From the IMG/VR virus record IMGVR_UViG_3300031963_009547: a stretch of 64,000 bases of DNA; one strand, given 5' to 3'. Below are positions 1 to 10,303 of the stretch, one piece after another. This stretch comes from a virus. Each line of letters opens with the position of its first letter. Position 1 is the first letter of the stretch. The notes under the pieces were generated by a model. It had not been told where the DNA came from. It did no database searches and saw only the letters and a program-made list of their open reading frames with translations. Made by a program: the position numbers and the translations under genes.

Positions 1-776
1 TGTTATTAGATGGTAAGGGTGGAGAATTTTTGGACTTCTACTACGAATATGTAGACAAACTTTATAACAGACAAATTCCTTTGGCTAAAATCGCAAACAA
101 AGCTCGTGTTAAACAATCAATTGATGATTACAAAGTTCACATTACTAAAACCACTAAGTCCGGTAATATGATGTCTCGTCAGGCTCACATGGAACTTTTG
201 ATTAAAGAAGGTAAAAACCCTGGTCTTGGTGATACAATCTTCTATGTTAATAATGGTGAAAAGAAATCTCATGGGGACGTTCAAAAGAAAAAAGATGAAT
301 TAGTTTTAAATTGTTATTTGATTGATGAACGTGATATAGAAATGAATCCAGATTTATTGGGTGAGTATAATGTTCCAAGATATTTGGCGGCATTTAACAA
401 AAGAATTGAACCATTACTTGTTGTTTATAAACCTGAAATTAGAGAAGACATTTTAATTGAAAACCCAAAAGATAGACCTATATTCACTAAAACCCAAACC
501 GAATTAGTTCGTGGTTATCCTATGAAAGAAGCTCACCAAGATACATTAGAAGAAGTATTAACATTATCAGATACCGAACTAACGTTTTGGAAAAATGTAG
601 GTATTGACCCTTATTATATGTATTTGGATGGAACTGTAGATTTAGTCGACACTGAGTGGGTTGAAAATAACAGAGTTCTAATGGAACAATATGTTCAACA
701 ACAAAAGAAAGTGGATGCTGACGAGTATTACGAATTTGATGTTGATGGTGATTTGATGGCTCTTAGTTTCGACTAA
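1..776 (+). CDS. DNA polymerase family B, C-terminal part (5' end outside window)
   Basis: Frame is open from position 3 (LLDGKGGEFLDFYY...), so the TTG at 30 is not the true start. SRQAHMEL...GDTIFYVN...YNVPRYL resembles the PolB thumb region (H...GD.I.YV...D..YY). Confidence 0.65.
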   Translation, partial: LLDGKGGEFLDFYYEYVDKLYNRQIPLAKIANKARVKQSIDDYKVHITKTTKSGNMMSRQAHMELLIKEGKNPGLGDTIFYVNNGEKKSHGDVQKKKDELVLNCYLIDERDIEMNPDLLGEYNVPRYLAAFNKRIEPLLVVYKPEIREDILIENPKDRPIFTKTQTELVRGYPMKEAHQDTLEEVLTLSDTELTFWKNVGIDPYYMYLDGTVDLVDTEWVENNRVLMEQYVQQQKKVDADEYYEFDVDGDLMALSFD

Positions 777-1105
777 GAGTTCTTCAATCCATCAGAAGAT
801 AAAATATACCAATAATCTCCTATTTTTCTATATTCAACACAAGCTCCTTTATCTAATTCTATAATATCAAACTCCTCATCTATTGGTGAGTCTGCGGTCA
901 CATTTACTTTTGTTAATGCTTTAATTACAACGTGGTCTGTTGTTTTTGAATCTAAAAATAAATCGCAGACATCAATATCTTTTATTACTATTGCTGATTC
1001 ACCATTTGTTGAATAATATTTGTTTGTTACGACAGCAACATCAGAAGTTACGATTTCGTGACCATTTATAATTCTTTTAGATGGTATTGACCTAAATACT
1101 GACAT
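773..1105 (-). CDS. hypothetical protein (110 aa, beta-rich, possibly virion-associated)
   Basis: ATG ORF immediately downstream of the neck gene on the same strand. A TATTTAT motif overlaps its start. C-terminal W..LSSDG motif. Confidence 0.7.
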   Translation of the reverse strand: MSVFRSIPSKRIINGHEIVTSDVAVVTNKYYSTNGESAIVIKDIDVCDLFLDSKTTDHVVIKALTKVNVTADSPIDEEFDIIELDKGACVEYRKIGDYWYILSSDGLKNS

Positions 1106-1110
1106 AAATA

Positions 1111-2232
1111 TTAAATTACGGTATATGGACTTTGGAATGCCCTGAACTTTAATAATTTGTTCAAGTTCTCTGCTTGTAAAGCCTTTTGTTCCATCATTTT
1201 TTCAGGACGTAATCTTTCTAAACGAGTTTTTAATTCTTCCCATAGCATTGTTTTCTCATCTTTCGCTTCCGTTGCTAATGATGAATAGTCCATAGTTAAT
1301 TCGGAATCAGGAGTTTTAAGATTACCACTAAACTTACCTCTCACTCTTGCTAATGTTTCTTTACAGTACGCGGTAAACCATCTTCTTACCCAAATTTGTG
1401 CGGGTGAATTTAACTTATCCCATCTTAATCTTTCTAAAGGAATGTCTGAAGGTAGTCTGACTACATCAGGATTATTTGCTAAACAATCTTCTCTGTCAAA
1501 AGTATCATAGTACCAATACCATACCCTGTAGTCATTATGTTTCATGTTACCAAAATCAAACTTACCACCCGGTACATTATAAAGATGAATTGCTTTTTTA
1601 CCTTCCGGAAGTGCTGTTACTCGGTAAGTTAATTCTCCAGTAATAATTCTTCTTTTGATATTGATATCAGACATTCTTAAAAGAATATCGAATGCTGGTG
1701 TAATAAAATAATTACCTGTTGTACCTAATTGTGAAAATCCGGCACCACCACCTAAACCAATACCACCAAATCCTCCAAAACCACCCATGAATGGGTCGAA
1801 GTATGCTGCGTCCAATTCTGAACGTGAAAACCAAAGAAGTTCATTAAGTTCCCTACCTGCCGGTATTTCATAAATTTGTTGATTTGGTACTAAATCAATG
1901 TAATCTTTCTTCAAGACCCAATCGCCACCGGCTTGTAAACCAACAATTTTAGAGTAAGCATAAGTGTATTGAGTTTCCCAATCCATACTTCTTGTTGATA
2001 AAGCTCTCGTGATGGATTGTTCATCTAAGTTAAGACCATAAACTGAAGTCCACTGTGACTCAATTAACCAATCTTGTACATGTTGTTCATAATCTTCGAT
2101 AGATAATTCTAAAAGAGAATCCAACATTTCGTCTTCAAGTTCCACTGAACGTAAAGGTGCACCCAAAAGATTACGTATTCTTTTGTAAAGTTTACTTCTT
2201 TCTGGTTCGTTGATAATAACTGTAGTTGACAT
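1111..2232 (-). CDS. neck / head-tail adaptor protein (T4 gp13-like)
   Basis: N-terminal IRNLLGAPLRSVELEDEML and C-terminal WVRRW.TAYCKETLARVRGKF...P...LTMD match the gp13 family pattern (LG.P.I.VEL...; W.K.Y..A..K..LG..R.KF). Confidence 0.75.
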   Translation of the reverse strand: MSTTVIINEPERSKLYKRIRNLLGAPLRSVELEDEMLDSLLELSIEDYEQHVQDWLIESQWTSVYGLNLDEQSITRALSTRSMDWETQYTYAYSKIVGLQAGGDWVLKKDYIDLVPNQQIYEIPAGRELNELLWFSRSELDAAYFDPFMGGFGGFGGIGLGGGAGFSQLGTTGNYFITPAFDILLRMSDINIKRRIITGELTYRVTALPEGKKAIHLYNVPGGKFDFGNMKHNDYRVWYWYYDTFDREDCLANNPDVVRLPSDIPLERLRWDKLNSPAQIWVRRWFTAYCKETLARVRGKFSGNLKTPDSELTMDYSSLATEAKDEKTMLWEELKTRLERLRPEKMMEQKALQAENLNKLLKFRAFQSPYTVI

Positions 2233-2267
2233 AGATTTTTTTATATAAATATCCTACCAAAATAAAT

Positions 2268-3356
2268 CTAAACAGACTTCTTTTTAATTTGTGTTGTATA
2301 TTGGTCGTTTACAAACCCCCAATTCACAACTTTCCAAAAGTTTTTAATGTATTCGTCTCGTTTATTTTTATATTTTAAGTAGTACGCGTGTTCCCATAAA
2401 TCTAAACCAAGTAATGGGTAACCATTTTCTTTTTCGGTATTCATTAAAGGATTATCTTGATTAGAAGTTGTAACAATTTTTAATCTATTATTTTTTGTTA
2501 AAATTAACCAAGCCCACCCTGAACCAAATTTAGTTTTAGCTTCTTCACTAAATTGCTCCTTGAATTTTTCAAACGAACCAAAATCTTTTTTTATTTTAGA
2601 AAGTATTGGGTCCGATACTTCTTGTTTTTTTGGCGATAACATCTTCCAAAACAAAGCGTGATTAAAAGCACCACCACCATTGTTTTTAACAACATTATTA
2701 AATTTTGAAATCTTTTCTACGATTTCTTCTAAATCTAAATCCTTACCTTTAATTTTTTCTAATTCAACATTTAGTTTTTCAACATAACCCTTGTAATGTT
2801 TGTTGTAGTGGGTATTCATTGTTTCACCATCAATAAATTTTTCTAAAGAGTTATAGTCATATGGAAGTTTATCAACACTTACTTTTTTAATTTCGGTAAT
2901 TAATAATTCTTTTTTTGAAGATTCAATTTCTAATAATGTTTCAATTTTTTCAATTTGCTCTGAAAAAGATTTATAGATAATTTTTTCCATATCCTTATTA
3001 TTTTTTTCAAACTTTTTAATTTCTTGAGACGCCTGTGAACTTGCTTCATCTTCGTTTTTTCCACCAATATCTTTTCCTTTTTTTCTTTTCAAAACGGTTC
3101 GTTGGTATTCATGTGACCATTCATGAGCCAATGTTCTTAACACATCACGATTCAATCTATCTTTTACTAAAATTTTAAGTTTGTTTTTATCGGTTCTCGA
3201 ACCTGTAGTCATTTCGCCGGTTCTTTTATTTTGGAATACAATATCCAAATTATCCTCTAATGGGTAATTTTTTTTAAGTTGTGAAATAAAATCATTGATT
3301 AAAACTTTATCCTCTTTACTTGGCTCAATTCCAATATATTCAACATTTACGTCCAT
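2268..3356 (-). CDS. sodA: Mn-type superoxide dismutase fused to an N-terminal HExxH (zincin-like) domain
   Basis: C-terminal ~200 aa carry LPYDYNSLE, HYNKHYKGYV, NGGGAFNHALFW, FGSGWAWL, NQDNP and DLWEHAYY. GGG..NH plus NQD is the Mn-type signature. The N-terminus has TLAHEWSHEYQ...EDEA. Confidence 0.9.
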   Translation of the reverse strand: MDVNVEYIGIEPSKEDKVLINDFISQLKKNYPLEDNLDIVFQNKRTGEMTTGSRTDKNKLKILVKDRLNRDVLRTLAHEWSHEYQRTVLKRKKGKDIGGKNEDEASSQASQEIKKFEKNNKDMEKIIYKSFSEQIEKIETLLEIESSKKELLITEIKKVSVDKLPYDYNSLEKFIDGETMNTHYNKHYKGYVEKLNVELEKIKGKDLDLEEIVEKISKFNNVVKNNGGGAFNHALFWKMLSPKKQEVSDPILSKIKKDFGSFEKFKEQFSEEAKTKFGSGWAWLILTKNNRLKIVTTSNQDNPLMNTEKENGYPLLGLDLWEHAYYLKYKNKRDEYIKNFWKVVNWGFVNDQYTTQIKKKSV

Positions 3357-3368
3357 GATATATAAATA

Positions 3369-5132
3369 TCATCGGTTTTTAGAAATCATATTTAACATTT
3401 CTTCAATTATCGACGCTTCGTCAAATGTATCATCACCCATTACCGTTGATATGATTTTTTTCTTTCTATTTAAGATGTCGTAAATTGCGCCTTCAATACT
3501 ATTTTCAAATAGGGGGTAATATACTGATGTTGAATTTTTTTGTCCAATACGGTGAGACCTGTCTTCTGCTTGTGAATGTTCTGCAGGTACAAAAGATAAA
3601 TCATTCATGATTACGGCTTCTGCTGAGGTTAAAGTAATACCAACACCAGCAGCTTTCAAGTTTCCGACAAATACTTTGATTTTATCATTTGTTTGAAACT
3701 CATCAACGGCATTTTGTCTGTGGAACTTAGAACAACTACCATCCAAATAAACAGCTGACTTACCAAAGTGGTTATAGATTTGATTTAGTGTGTCGGTAAA
3801 GTTTGTAAATATAATAACCTTTTTACCTTGTTCTATAATGTTTTCAGCTAACTCAATTGTGTTATTAATTTTTTCTTGTGCAATAACTTTTCTAACTTTC
3901 ATCAATTTTGAAAACTGAATTGTAAGTGATGAAGACTCTTCAGGATTTTGGTCGTACCAATTGAAATACTCACCCATTAACTCTTCGTAATCTTTTGATT
4001 TGAGTCTCAAATATACAGGAGTGATAATTTTTTCAGGTAAATCTAAAACGTCTTCTTTTAACCTTCTTAAGATGTGTGTTGAGGTTCTTTCTCTTAATTC
4101 TTCTAGATTAGATGCTCCCGTAACATTCCATACTTTTCTTTTTCCAACACTAAATTGGAATCCGTTACAATATCTTTTAGCATAAGCCATCCAATTCATT
4201 GCTACAGGACTATCAACAAGGTTTAATAAATTATAATAATTCATAGGTCGCGATGTCATAGGTGTTCCTGATAACAACCAAACTCTATTTGATTTACTTG
4301 CAATGTCGTTGGCAATTTTTGTTCTTTGTGCTTGTGGATTAGAAATCATGTGAGCTTCATCCATAATAACTAAATCAAAATTAATCTTCATTATTTCTGA
4401 TTTTTCCTTTTCTTTAGTGTCGTGGAAATTTTTTAAGATATCATAGTTCACAATAACAAAATCATGTTCATCTGAAAATTTCTTACCTTCTGCAATATAT
4501 ACGGTTCTATCTGAATAATTTGCAATCTCCCTCTGCCAATTTATTTTTAAAGACGCAGGACACACGATTAAAACTTTTTTAGCACCTGTTTCTAAAGCAG
4601 CAATGATTGTAGATGTTGTTTTACCAAGTCCCATATCATCTGCCAAGATAAACTTTTTGTTTCTTACAAGTTTTTCGATTGCTTCTTTTTGATGTTCCAT
4701 AGGTGGTCTATGGGTATATTTGTCGTAATCAATTGAAATGTTTTTTACTTCATTGTCTTTTAGTAATGCCGATTTTGGCATCCAAAAGTCATGTAAAGTC
4801 TCACCTGAAAAGATTTTACCCCAAATATGATAAGCCTTATCCTTTTCAACCAACAACTTTTCAACATAAATTTCTGAAGGTTCTTTGGTATACATTTTAT
4901 CTTCCATCAGTTTTTTACCAAAATATGAATCTAATTTGACCCATTTTTTTGCAACTTTTGGTTGTAATGTGTGATAATTATTGATGTAATCTGCTTGAGG
5001 TCTTGTAGGTACAAAAGACTTACTATTTTGTTTTTTGTGTTTTAAATTAAGGATATAGTTATTTGACCCTTCATAATCATCTAATATCAAAAGAGCTTTC
5101 GATTCGGGTGTTTTTTGCACAAAATCTTCCAT
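3369..5132 (-). CDS. SNF2-family (SMARCAL1/HARP-like) helicase/translocase
   Basis: Motifs ILADDMGLGKT, VCPASL, MDEAH, LSGTP, GVGITLT and QAEDRSHRIGQ. Start moved to ATG 5132 because the 5300 extension overlaps the + strand gene at 5188. Confidence 0.9.
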   Translation of the reverse strand: MEDFVQKTPESKALLILDDYEGSNNYILNLKHKKQNSKSFVPTRPQADYINNYHTLQPKVAKKWVKLDSYFGKKLMEDKMYTKEPSEIYVEKLLVEKDKAYHIWGKIFSGETLHDFWMPKSALLKDNEVKNISIDYDKYTHRPPMEHQKEAIEKLVRNKKFILADDMGLGKTTSTIIAALETGAKKVLIVCPASLKINWQREIANYSDRTVYIAEGKKFSDEHDFVIVNYDILKNFHDTKEKEKSEIMKINFDLVIMDEAHMISNPQAQRTKIANDIASKSNRVWLLSGTPMTSRPMNYYNLLNLVDSPVAMNWMAYAKRYCNGFQFSVGKRKVWNVTGASNLEELRERTSTHILRRLKEDVLDLPEKIITPVYLRLKSKDYEELMGEYFNWYDQNPEESSSLTIQFSKLMKVRKVIAQEKINNTIELAENIIEQGKKVIIFTNFTDTLNQIYNHFGKSAVYLDGSCSKFHRQNAVDEFQTNDKIKVFVGNLKAAGVGITLTSAEAVIMNDLSFVPAEHSQAEDRSHRIGQKNSTSVYYPLFENSIEGAIYDILNRKKKIISTVMGDDTFDEASIIEEMLNMISKNR

Positions 5133-5187
5133 AATATAATAAAATATAAGAAACAACCATAAAAAATCAATTAAAGTATTTATAGGT

Positions 5188-5703
5188 ATGGCGGATAGTA
5201 GAGTTCCAATAACAAGATTAAATAAGTTTTTTGCCGAAGAAGACTTCAATTTAGAAATTTCTATGGGTGATGAATGGCTTGGGGGTGATATGAATTTCAC
5301 TCTTGTTTTATATCGTGTTGATAGACAAAGAACGGTGAATGATGATGTTTATGGTGAAACTTTAGAAGATGGAATACAATTTTTACCACCTGTTGAATTT
5401 AAAGGGTATGTACAGATTGAGGCACCTTCTAATGTCGATTATGGGGCATCTAGATTATCTCAGTCCGAGCCAGGTAATTTGAAGGTTGGTGTTTACCAAA
5501 AACAACTTGATGAATTACAAATTGAAATTAACTTTGGTGATTATATTGGGTATTACGAAACAGAAGACCGAGTAAGATACTATACTGTTGTAAATGATGG
5601 TCGTGTGTTAAGTGATAATAAACACACCTATGGCGGTTACAAACCTTTCTATCGTTCCATAGTAGCATCACCTGTTACAGATAATGAATTTAGAGGAATA
5701 TAA
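5188..5703 (+). CDS. head closure / neck protein (T4 gp14-like)
   Basis: LYRVDRQRTVNDDVYGE...F.PPVE pattern. Positioned just before the tail terminator and sheath genes. Confidence 0.6.
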   Translation: MADSRVPITRLNKFFAEEDFNLEISMGDEWLGGDMNFTLVLYRVDRQRTVNDDVYGETLEDGIQFLPPVEFKGYVQIEAPSNVDYGASRLSQSEPGNLKVGVYQKQLDELQIEINFGDYIGYYETEDRVRYYTVVNDGRVLSDNKHTYGGYKPFYRSIVASPVTDNEFRGI

Positions 5704-5705
5704 TA

Positions 5706-6746
5706 ATGGCATTACCATCAAAAGTTAAAAAAAATTTACCATTGATACCTGAAAAGGTTGGTCGTGAAAGAAGACAACAAATGTTGGATGATATCACTGA
5801 CCACGGAACTTTTTTACCAAAAGGGGTTTTACATGCCGACTTAGATTTAGGTATGTTAGATTTTGTAAAAGAACAATTAAAATTAGTGGTAACTGAAAAA
5901 CCTGTACCTACTGTAGATAAAATTATAACGACTCAGAACTGGTCTCAATTCACAGAGACATGGAACTTTCAAGATTTAGATAAGAACATCTCACTACCAT
6001 TTATTGCAACAGTAAGAACCCCTGAGGTTAAGTACGGAACTTTTCAAGGGGGAGCTGCTAACATACCTAACAGAAGACAATTCTTTTATTATACCGTTCC
6101 AACTTGGGATGGTCAAAGAAAGGGTGCAGATGTTTATACAATACCTCAACCAATACCTGTTGACATTACATATAATGTAAAGTTATTCTGTAATAGAATG
6201 CGTGAACTTAATGAGTTTAATAAAATTGTTATGCAAACGTTCACATCAAAACAGGCATACACCCAAATCAAAGGTCACTATATCCCAATTATTATGGAAG
6301 GTGTTGCTGATGAGTCAGTTAAAGAATTAGAAAAAAGAAAATATTATATTGCAAACTATACTTTTATAATGAAAGGTCTTCTAATTGATGAGGCAGAATT
6401 CAAGGTATCACCTGCAGTTACTAGACAAGTTTCTTTATTTGAAACTGAAACAAGAAATACGTCAAGAAGAGTGAAATTAGAACCATCAAGACCCGATAAC
6501 TTTGATTTAGATTTATTATTTGTCGCAGGTAATAACCAATTATCTGAAGTTTTTAGATATACGGTTGACTTAAAAGTGACCGAATTAGAAAACGTAAGTT
6601 CTTATGATGTGTTCATCAATTCAAATTATGTGGGAACTGATTTAACCACAATTCAAATTAATGACGGAGATACATTTTTAATTACTGTAACAAAGGCAAA
6701 CTTATTAGCTGAAAGTAAAATTAAAACAGTATCTTATTTAGTTTGA
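5706..6746 (+). CDS. tail terminator / sheath stabiliser (T4 gp15-like)
   Basis: LPFIATVR and PIPVDITYNVKLF...MRELNE motifs typical of gp15-like proteins. Syntenic between neck and sheath genes. Confidence 0.6.
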   Translation: MALPSKVKKNLPLIPEKVGRERRQQMLDDITDHGTFLPKGVLHADLDLGMLDFVKEQLKLVVTEKPVPTVDKIITTQNWSQFTETWNFQDLDKNISLPFIATVRTPEVKYGTFQGGAANIPNRRQFFYYTVPTWDGQRKGADVYTIPQPIPVDITYNVKLFCNRMRELNEFNKIVMQTFTSKQAYTQIKGHYIPIIMEGVADESVKELEKRKYYIANYTFIMKGLLIDEAEFKVSPAVTRQVSLFETETRNTSRRVKLEPSRPDNFDLDLLFVAGNNQLSEVFRYTVDLKVTELENVSSYDVFINSNYVGTDLTTIQINDGDTFLITVTKANLLAESKIKTVSYLV

Positions 6747-6908
6747 TTATTCACCGTAGATATCTTTAGTTTCTTTACAATTTTCCATAATTAACTTTTC
6801 CAAAAACTTGTAAATTTTTAATCCGTTTTTATCACAGTATTTTTTTAACTGATTGTGTATTTCTGCATCAATTTTTAGGTTTTTTATTTTCTTAACGGGT
6901 TTTTTCAT
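6747..6908 (-). CDS. ribbon-helix-helix DNA-binding protein (53 aa, not in ORF track)
   Basis: Read directly: MKKPVKKIKNLKIDAEIHNQLKKYCDKNGLKIYKFLEKLIMENCKETKDIYGE*. Strand (KNLKID), helix, G turn, helix pattern. Fills the intergenic gap exactly and has its own TATTTAT motif at 6948-6954. Confidence 0.75.
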   Translation of the reverse strand: MKKPVKKIKNLKIDAEIHNQLKKYCDKNGLKIYKFLEKLIMENCKETKDIYGE

Positions 6909-6990
6909 AGCAGGTAGAAAAAAGGCAGAATTTATTCTTACTCCCTAATAAATATTATAAGAATGTAAAGTTTTTTGTTATTTGACGATG

Positions 6991-6998
6991 TATTTATA
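6991..6998 (+). promoter_or_regulatory. TATTTAT(A) late-promoter-like motif (representative copy, upstream of the sheath gene)
   Basis: Also at 5177, 11378, 12901, 14736, 28498, 33203, 38067, 38093, 40461, 49221, 57818, 63023 and 63843 on +, and at 1104-1110, 2244-2251, 3361-3368 and 6948-6954 on -. Each copy is within ~40 nt of a same-strand start. Confidence 0.65.
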
Positions 6999-7031
6999 TA
7001 TAAAAAATAAATTTAAAATACTTTTATTAAC

Positions 7032-10000
7032 ATGGCATCATCAAATAAGGTTTTTGTTTCTCCTGGTGTGTACACATCGGAAAGAGACTTAACGTTTGTG
7101 GCTCAAAGTGTGGGTGTAACCACTTTAGGTGTTGTAGGTGAAACACTACAAGGACCGGCTTTTGAACCAATCTTTATAACAAATTTTGACGAGTTCCAAA
7201 CTTATTTTGGAGGAACAAGTCCTGAAAAATTTGTTAATACACAAATACCAAAATACGAATTGGCTTATATCTCTAAATCTTACCTATCACAATCAAACCA
7301 ACTATTTGTAACGAGAGTTTTAGGTTTATCAGGATATGATGCAGGTCCGTCATGGTCTATCGTAACCATTGGTAATGTTGACCCATCCACAATACAAGTA
7401 ACAGGAACAACTGGTCCTGTTGCAGTAACATTCACAGGAACAACTGGTGGAACTGTAACATACACATCAGTCCCATCGTCAATTAACGTAAATGGAAATT
7501 TTTATAACTCTTACACTGAGTTTAATGGAGCTACTTCTTCAATTGCTGAAGATTTAACAACTTATTTAACAAATCAAATGTATTTGTTTGCTACAAGTTC
7601 CTCAACATCAGGTAGTACTGCAATTTTGTGGGGTTCATCAAGTGCATCGACTTTGACAAGTACTACAGGTGTTACTTCATTGAATACTATTACAGGTTCT
7701 ACCGAAATGTTCGGAGTTCCAAATGTAAACCAAGCTTCTAATAATTTTTCAGCATCAACTAATGACCCATGGTATTATGGATTATTTAATTACTACCAAG
7801 GCTCAAATGATGTAAATACATATTTCGGACAAAGTATGGGTGCTGCACTTTCAGGTATTTCTACAACACCAACAACGGGTGTATATTCAGGAACTGTTGC
7901 ATTCTTTACTACATCTTATTCAGGAGCACCATATACAACTTATGATGATTTGGTTGTTGCAACATTAAGGTCAAGAGGTATTTCAACATATACTTCAACT
8001 AATGCTGGACCATTCTATGAAGTTACGGGAACTACAGATGTTGCTATGATTTGTACAGGTGCATACTCGGCGGTAACTAAAAATCCATATTCAACATTCC
8101 AAATTTCGGGTGTTACTTATGATGGTGATAACTTTAGTTTTGAAACATCGATGTTAAGTACAAACAAAAACTATTTAAGAAATGTATTTGGAGCATCTAA
8201 CTTTGGTAAAGCAAGAAATGAAGTTCCTTTATTTGTTGAAGAGACTTATTCGGCATTATTACAAACAGGTTATAGAGCAGGTCAAATTAGAGGTTTATAT
8301 TGTGACTTAGTTGAATTGCCAGGTGCAAGGTCAGGTAATGCTGATAGTATCGGTTTCTACTTAGAACAATACCAAACACCTGAGACACCTTTCTTAGTTT
8401 CTGAACTTCGTGGTAGTAAAGTTTTCAAATTATTTAAATTTGTTCTAATCTCTGATGGTAACTCTGCTAATACATACGTAAAATTATCTATTGGTAATAT
8501 TTCATTTAATAATGGAACATTCGATGTATTTGTAAGAGATTATTTTGACAATGACCAAAATGTTAGAGTATTAGAAAGTTTTACGAACTGTTCATTAGAC
8601 CCAACTAATAATAACTACGTAGCAAATAAAATTGGTACGTCAAACGGTGAATACCAAGTAAAATCTAAATATGTAATGTTAGAGATGAGTGATGAAGCTC
8701 CGATTGATGCATTACCTTGTGGTTTTGAAGGATATGTAATGAGAGAATATGCAAACGCAACACCACCATTTGTTCCTTACAAAACTAAATACTATTCAGC
8801 GGGTGAAACAATTTACAACCCACCTTTTGGTTCGACAAGTGGTGGAGACAACCCTGTTATATCAAGTGGGGAAAATCCAAGAAGAGCTTACTTAGGTATT
8901 TCTAATATTAGTGGTTTTGATTACGACTTCTTCCAATATAAAGGAAAACAATTACCAAACAGTTTGGCTACAGACACTACGGGACCAGCTTGGGGTTACT
9001 TAACTAAAGGGTTCCACATGGATAGTGGTGCAACAGTTGTGACTATCGCTAACTCATATGCAACTTCAGGTCAATCGGCATTTGAAGTGGGTGTTGGGTC
9101 ATTTAATTCTGAACCAGTTGATACCGATAATCCTTATTACAGATTAAACACACGTAAGTATACAGTAATGGCTTACGGAGGTTTTGATGGTTGGGACATT
9201 TATAGAGAATCAAGAACTAACACTGATACATTCGCATTAGGTCAAACAGGATTTAAATACGGGGCAGCAAGTTCAGTAACTTACCCTACCGCATCAGGAT
9301 GGGGAGCATTCAAACAAATTTCAGGACCTAACCAAGAAACTTGGGCGAATACTGACTACTACGCTTACAAATGGGGACAATCAACATTTGCAAATCCTGA
9401 ATCTACAAACATCAACGTGTTTGCAACACCGGGTATTGATTATGTTAATAACTCAAACTTAGTGGAAGAATCAATTGATATGATTGAAACAGATAGAGCA
9501 GATTCAATCTACATTACTACAACCCCTGACTTCAATATGTTCTTACCATCTTATCAAGATGTAACGGAAGGTTTGATTTACCCTCAGGAGGCGGTAGATA
9601 ATTTAGAGAACACAGGTATCGACTCTAACTATACTGCAACATATTACCCTTGGATTTTGACAAGAGATACTGTTAATAACACTCAAATCTATATTCCTGC
9701 AACTTCTGAGGTTGTAAGAAACTTAGCATTGACTGATAACATCGCATTCCCTTGGTTCGCATCAGCGGGTTACACAAGAGGTTTAGTAAACGCAATTAGA
9801 GCAAGACGTAAGTTAACACAAGACGATAGAGATACTTTATATAAAGGTAGAATCAACCCAATCGCTACTTTCTCTGATGTGGGCACTGTAATTTGGGGTA
9901 ACAAAACTCTTCAAATCAGAGAATCTGCACTTGACAGAATCAACGTAAGAAGATTGTTACTACAAGCTCGTAAATTGATTTCAGCAGTAGCCGTAAGATT

Positions 10001-10244
10001 ATTGTTCGAACAAAACGATAATAAAGTAAGACAAGACTTCTTGGATTCAGTTAACCCAATCTTAGACCAAATTAGAAGAGATAGAGGTTTGATTGACTTT
10101 AGAGTTCAAGTATCTAACACACCTGAAGATTTAGATTCAAATACATTAACAGGTAAAATCTTCTTGAAACCAACAAGAGCGTTAGAATACATTGACATCG
10201 AGTTTGTCATCACACCAACAGGAGCGTCTTTCGACGATATCTAA
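7032..10244 (+). CDS. contractile tail sheath protein (T4 gp18-like)
   Basis: SPGVYTSERDLT N-terminus, GPAFEP, YYPW, PWFASAGYTRG, RINPI, IWGNKTL, DRINVRRLL and PTRALEYIDIEF. Confidence 0.95.
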   Translation: MASSNKVFVSPGVYTSERDLTFVAQSVGVTTLGVVGETLQGPAFEPIFITNFDEFQTYFGGTSPEKFVNTQIPKYELAYISKSYLSQSNQLFVTRVLGLSGYDAGPSWSIVTIGNVDPSTIQVTGTTGPVAVTFTGTTGGTVTYTSVPSSINVNGNFYNSYTEFNGATSSIAEDLTTYLTNQMYLFATSSSTSGSTAILWGSSSASTLTSTTGVTSLNTITGSTEMFGVPNVNQASNNFSASTNDPWYYGLFNYYQGSNDVNTYFGQSMGAALSGISTTPTTGVYSGTVAFFTTSYSGAPYTTYDDLVVATLRSRGISTYTSTNAGPFYEVTGTTDVAMICTGAYSAVTKNPYSTFQISGVTYDGDNFSFETSMLSTNKNYLRNVFGASNFGKARNEVPLFVEETYSALLQTGYRAGQIRGLYCDLVELPGARSGNADSIGFYLEQYQTPETPFLVSELRGSKVFKLFKFVLISDGNSANTYVKLSIGNISFNNGTFDVFVRDYFDNDQNVRVLESFTNCSLDPTNNNYVANKIGTSNGEYQVKSKYVMLEMSDEAPIDALPCGFEGYVMREYANATPPFVPYKTKYYSAGETIYNPPFGSTSGGDNPVISSGENPRRAYLGISNISGFDYDFFQYKGKQLPNSLATDTTGPAWGYLTKGFHMDSGATVVTIANSYATSGQSAFEVGVGSFNSEPVDTDNPYYRLNTRKYTVMAYGGFDGWDIYRESRTNTDTFALGQTGFKYGAASSVTYPTASGWGAFKQISGPNQETWANTDYYAYKWGQSTFANPESTNINVFATPGIDYVNNSNLVEESIDMIETDRADSIYITTTPDFNMFLPSYQDVTEGLIYPQEAVDNLENTGIDSNYTATYYPWILTRDTVNNTQIYIPATSEVVRNLALTDNIAFPWFASAGYTRGLVNAIRARRKLTQDDRDTLYKGRINPIATFSDVGTVIWGNKTLQIRESALDRINVRRLLLQARKLISAVAVRLLFEQNDNKVRQDFLDSVNPILDQIRRDRGLIDFRVQVSNTPEDLDSNTLTGKIFLKPTRALEYIDIEFVITPTGASFDDI

Positions 10245-10258
10245 AAAAATAAAATGAG

Positions 10259-10280
10259 TGGGGGGTAGAAATATCCCCCA
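10259..10280 (+). terminator. stem-loop after the sheath gene (terminator or RNA stabiliser)
   Basis: TGGGGGGTA-GAAA-TATCCCCCA with a GNRA loop. The T-tail is weak. Confidence 0.55.
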
Positions 10281-10303
10281 TAAATTATTTAATACATAAA
10301 ACT

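Noticed and set aside
5133-5300. N-terminal extension of the SNF2 ORF with an apparent hydrophobic segment
   Set aside because: Overlaps the + strand neck gene and the promoter region. ATG 5132 is the plausible start.
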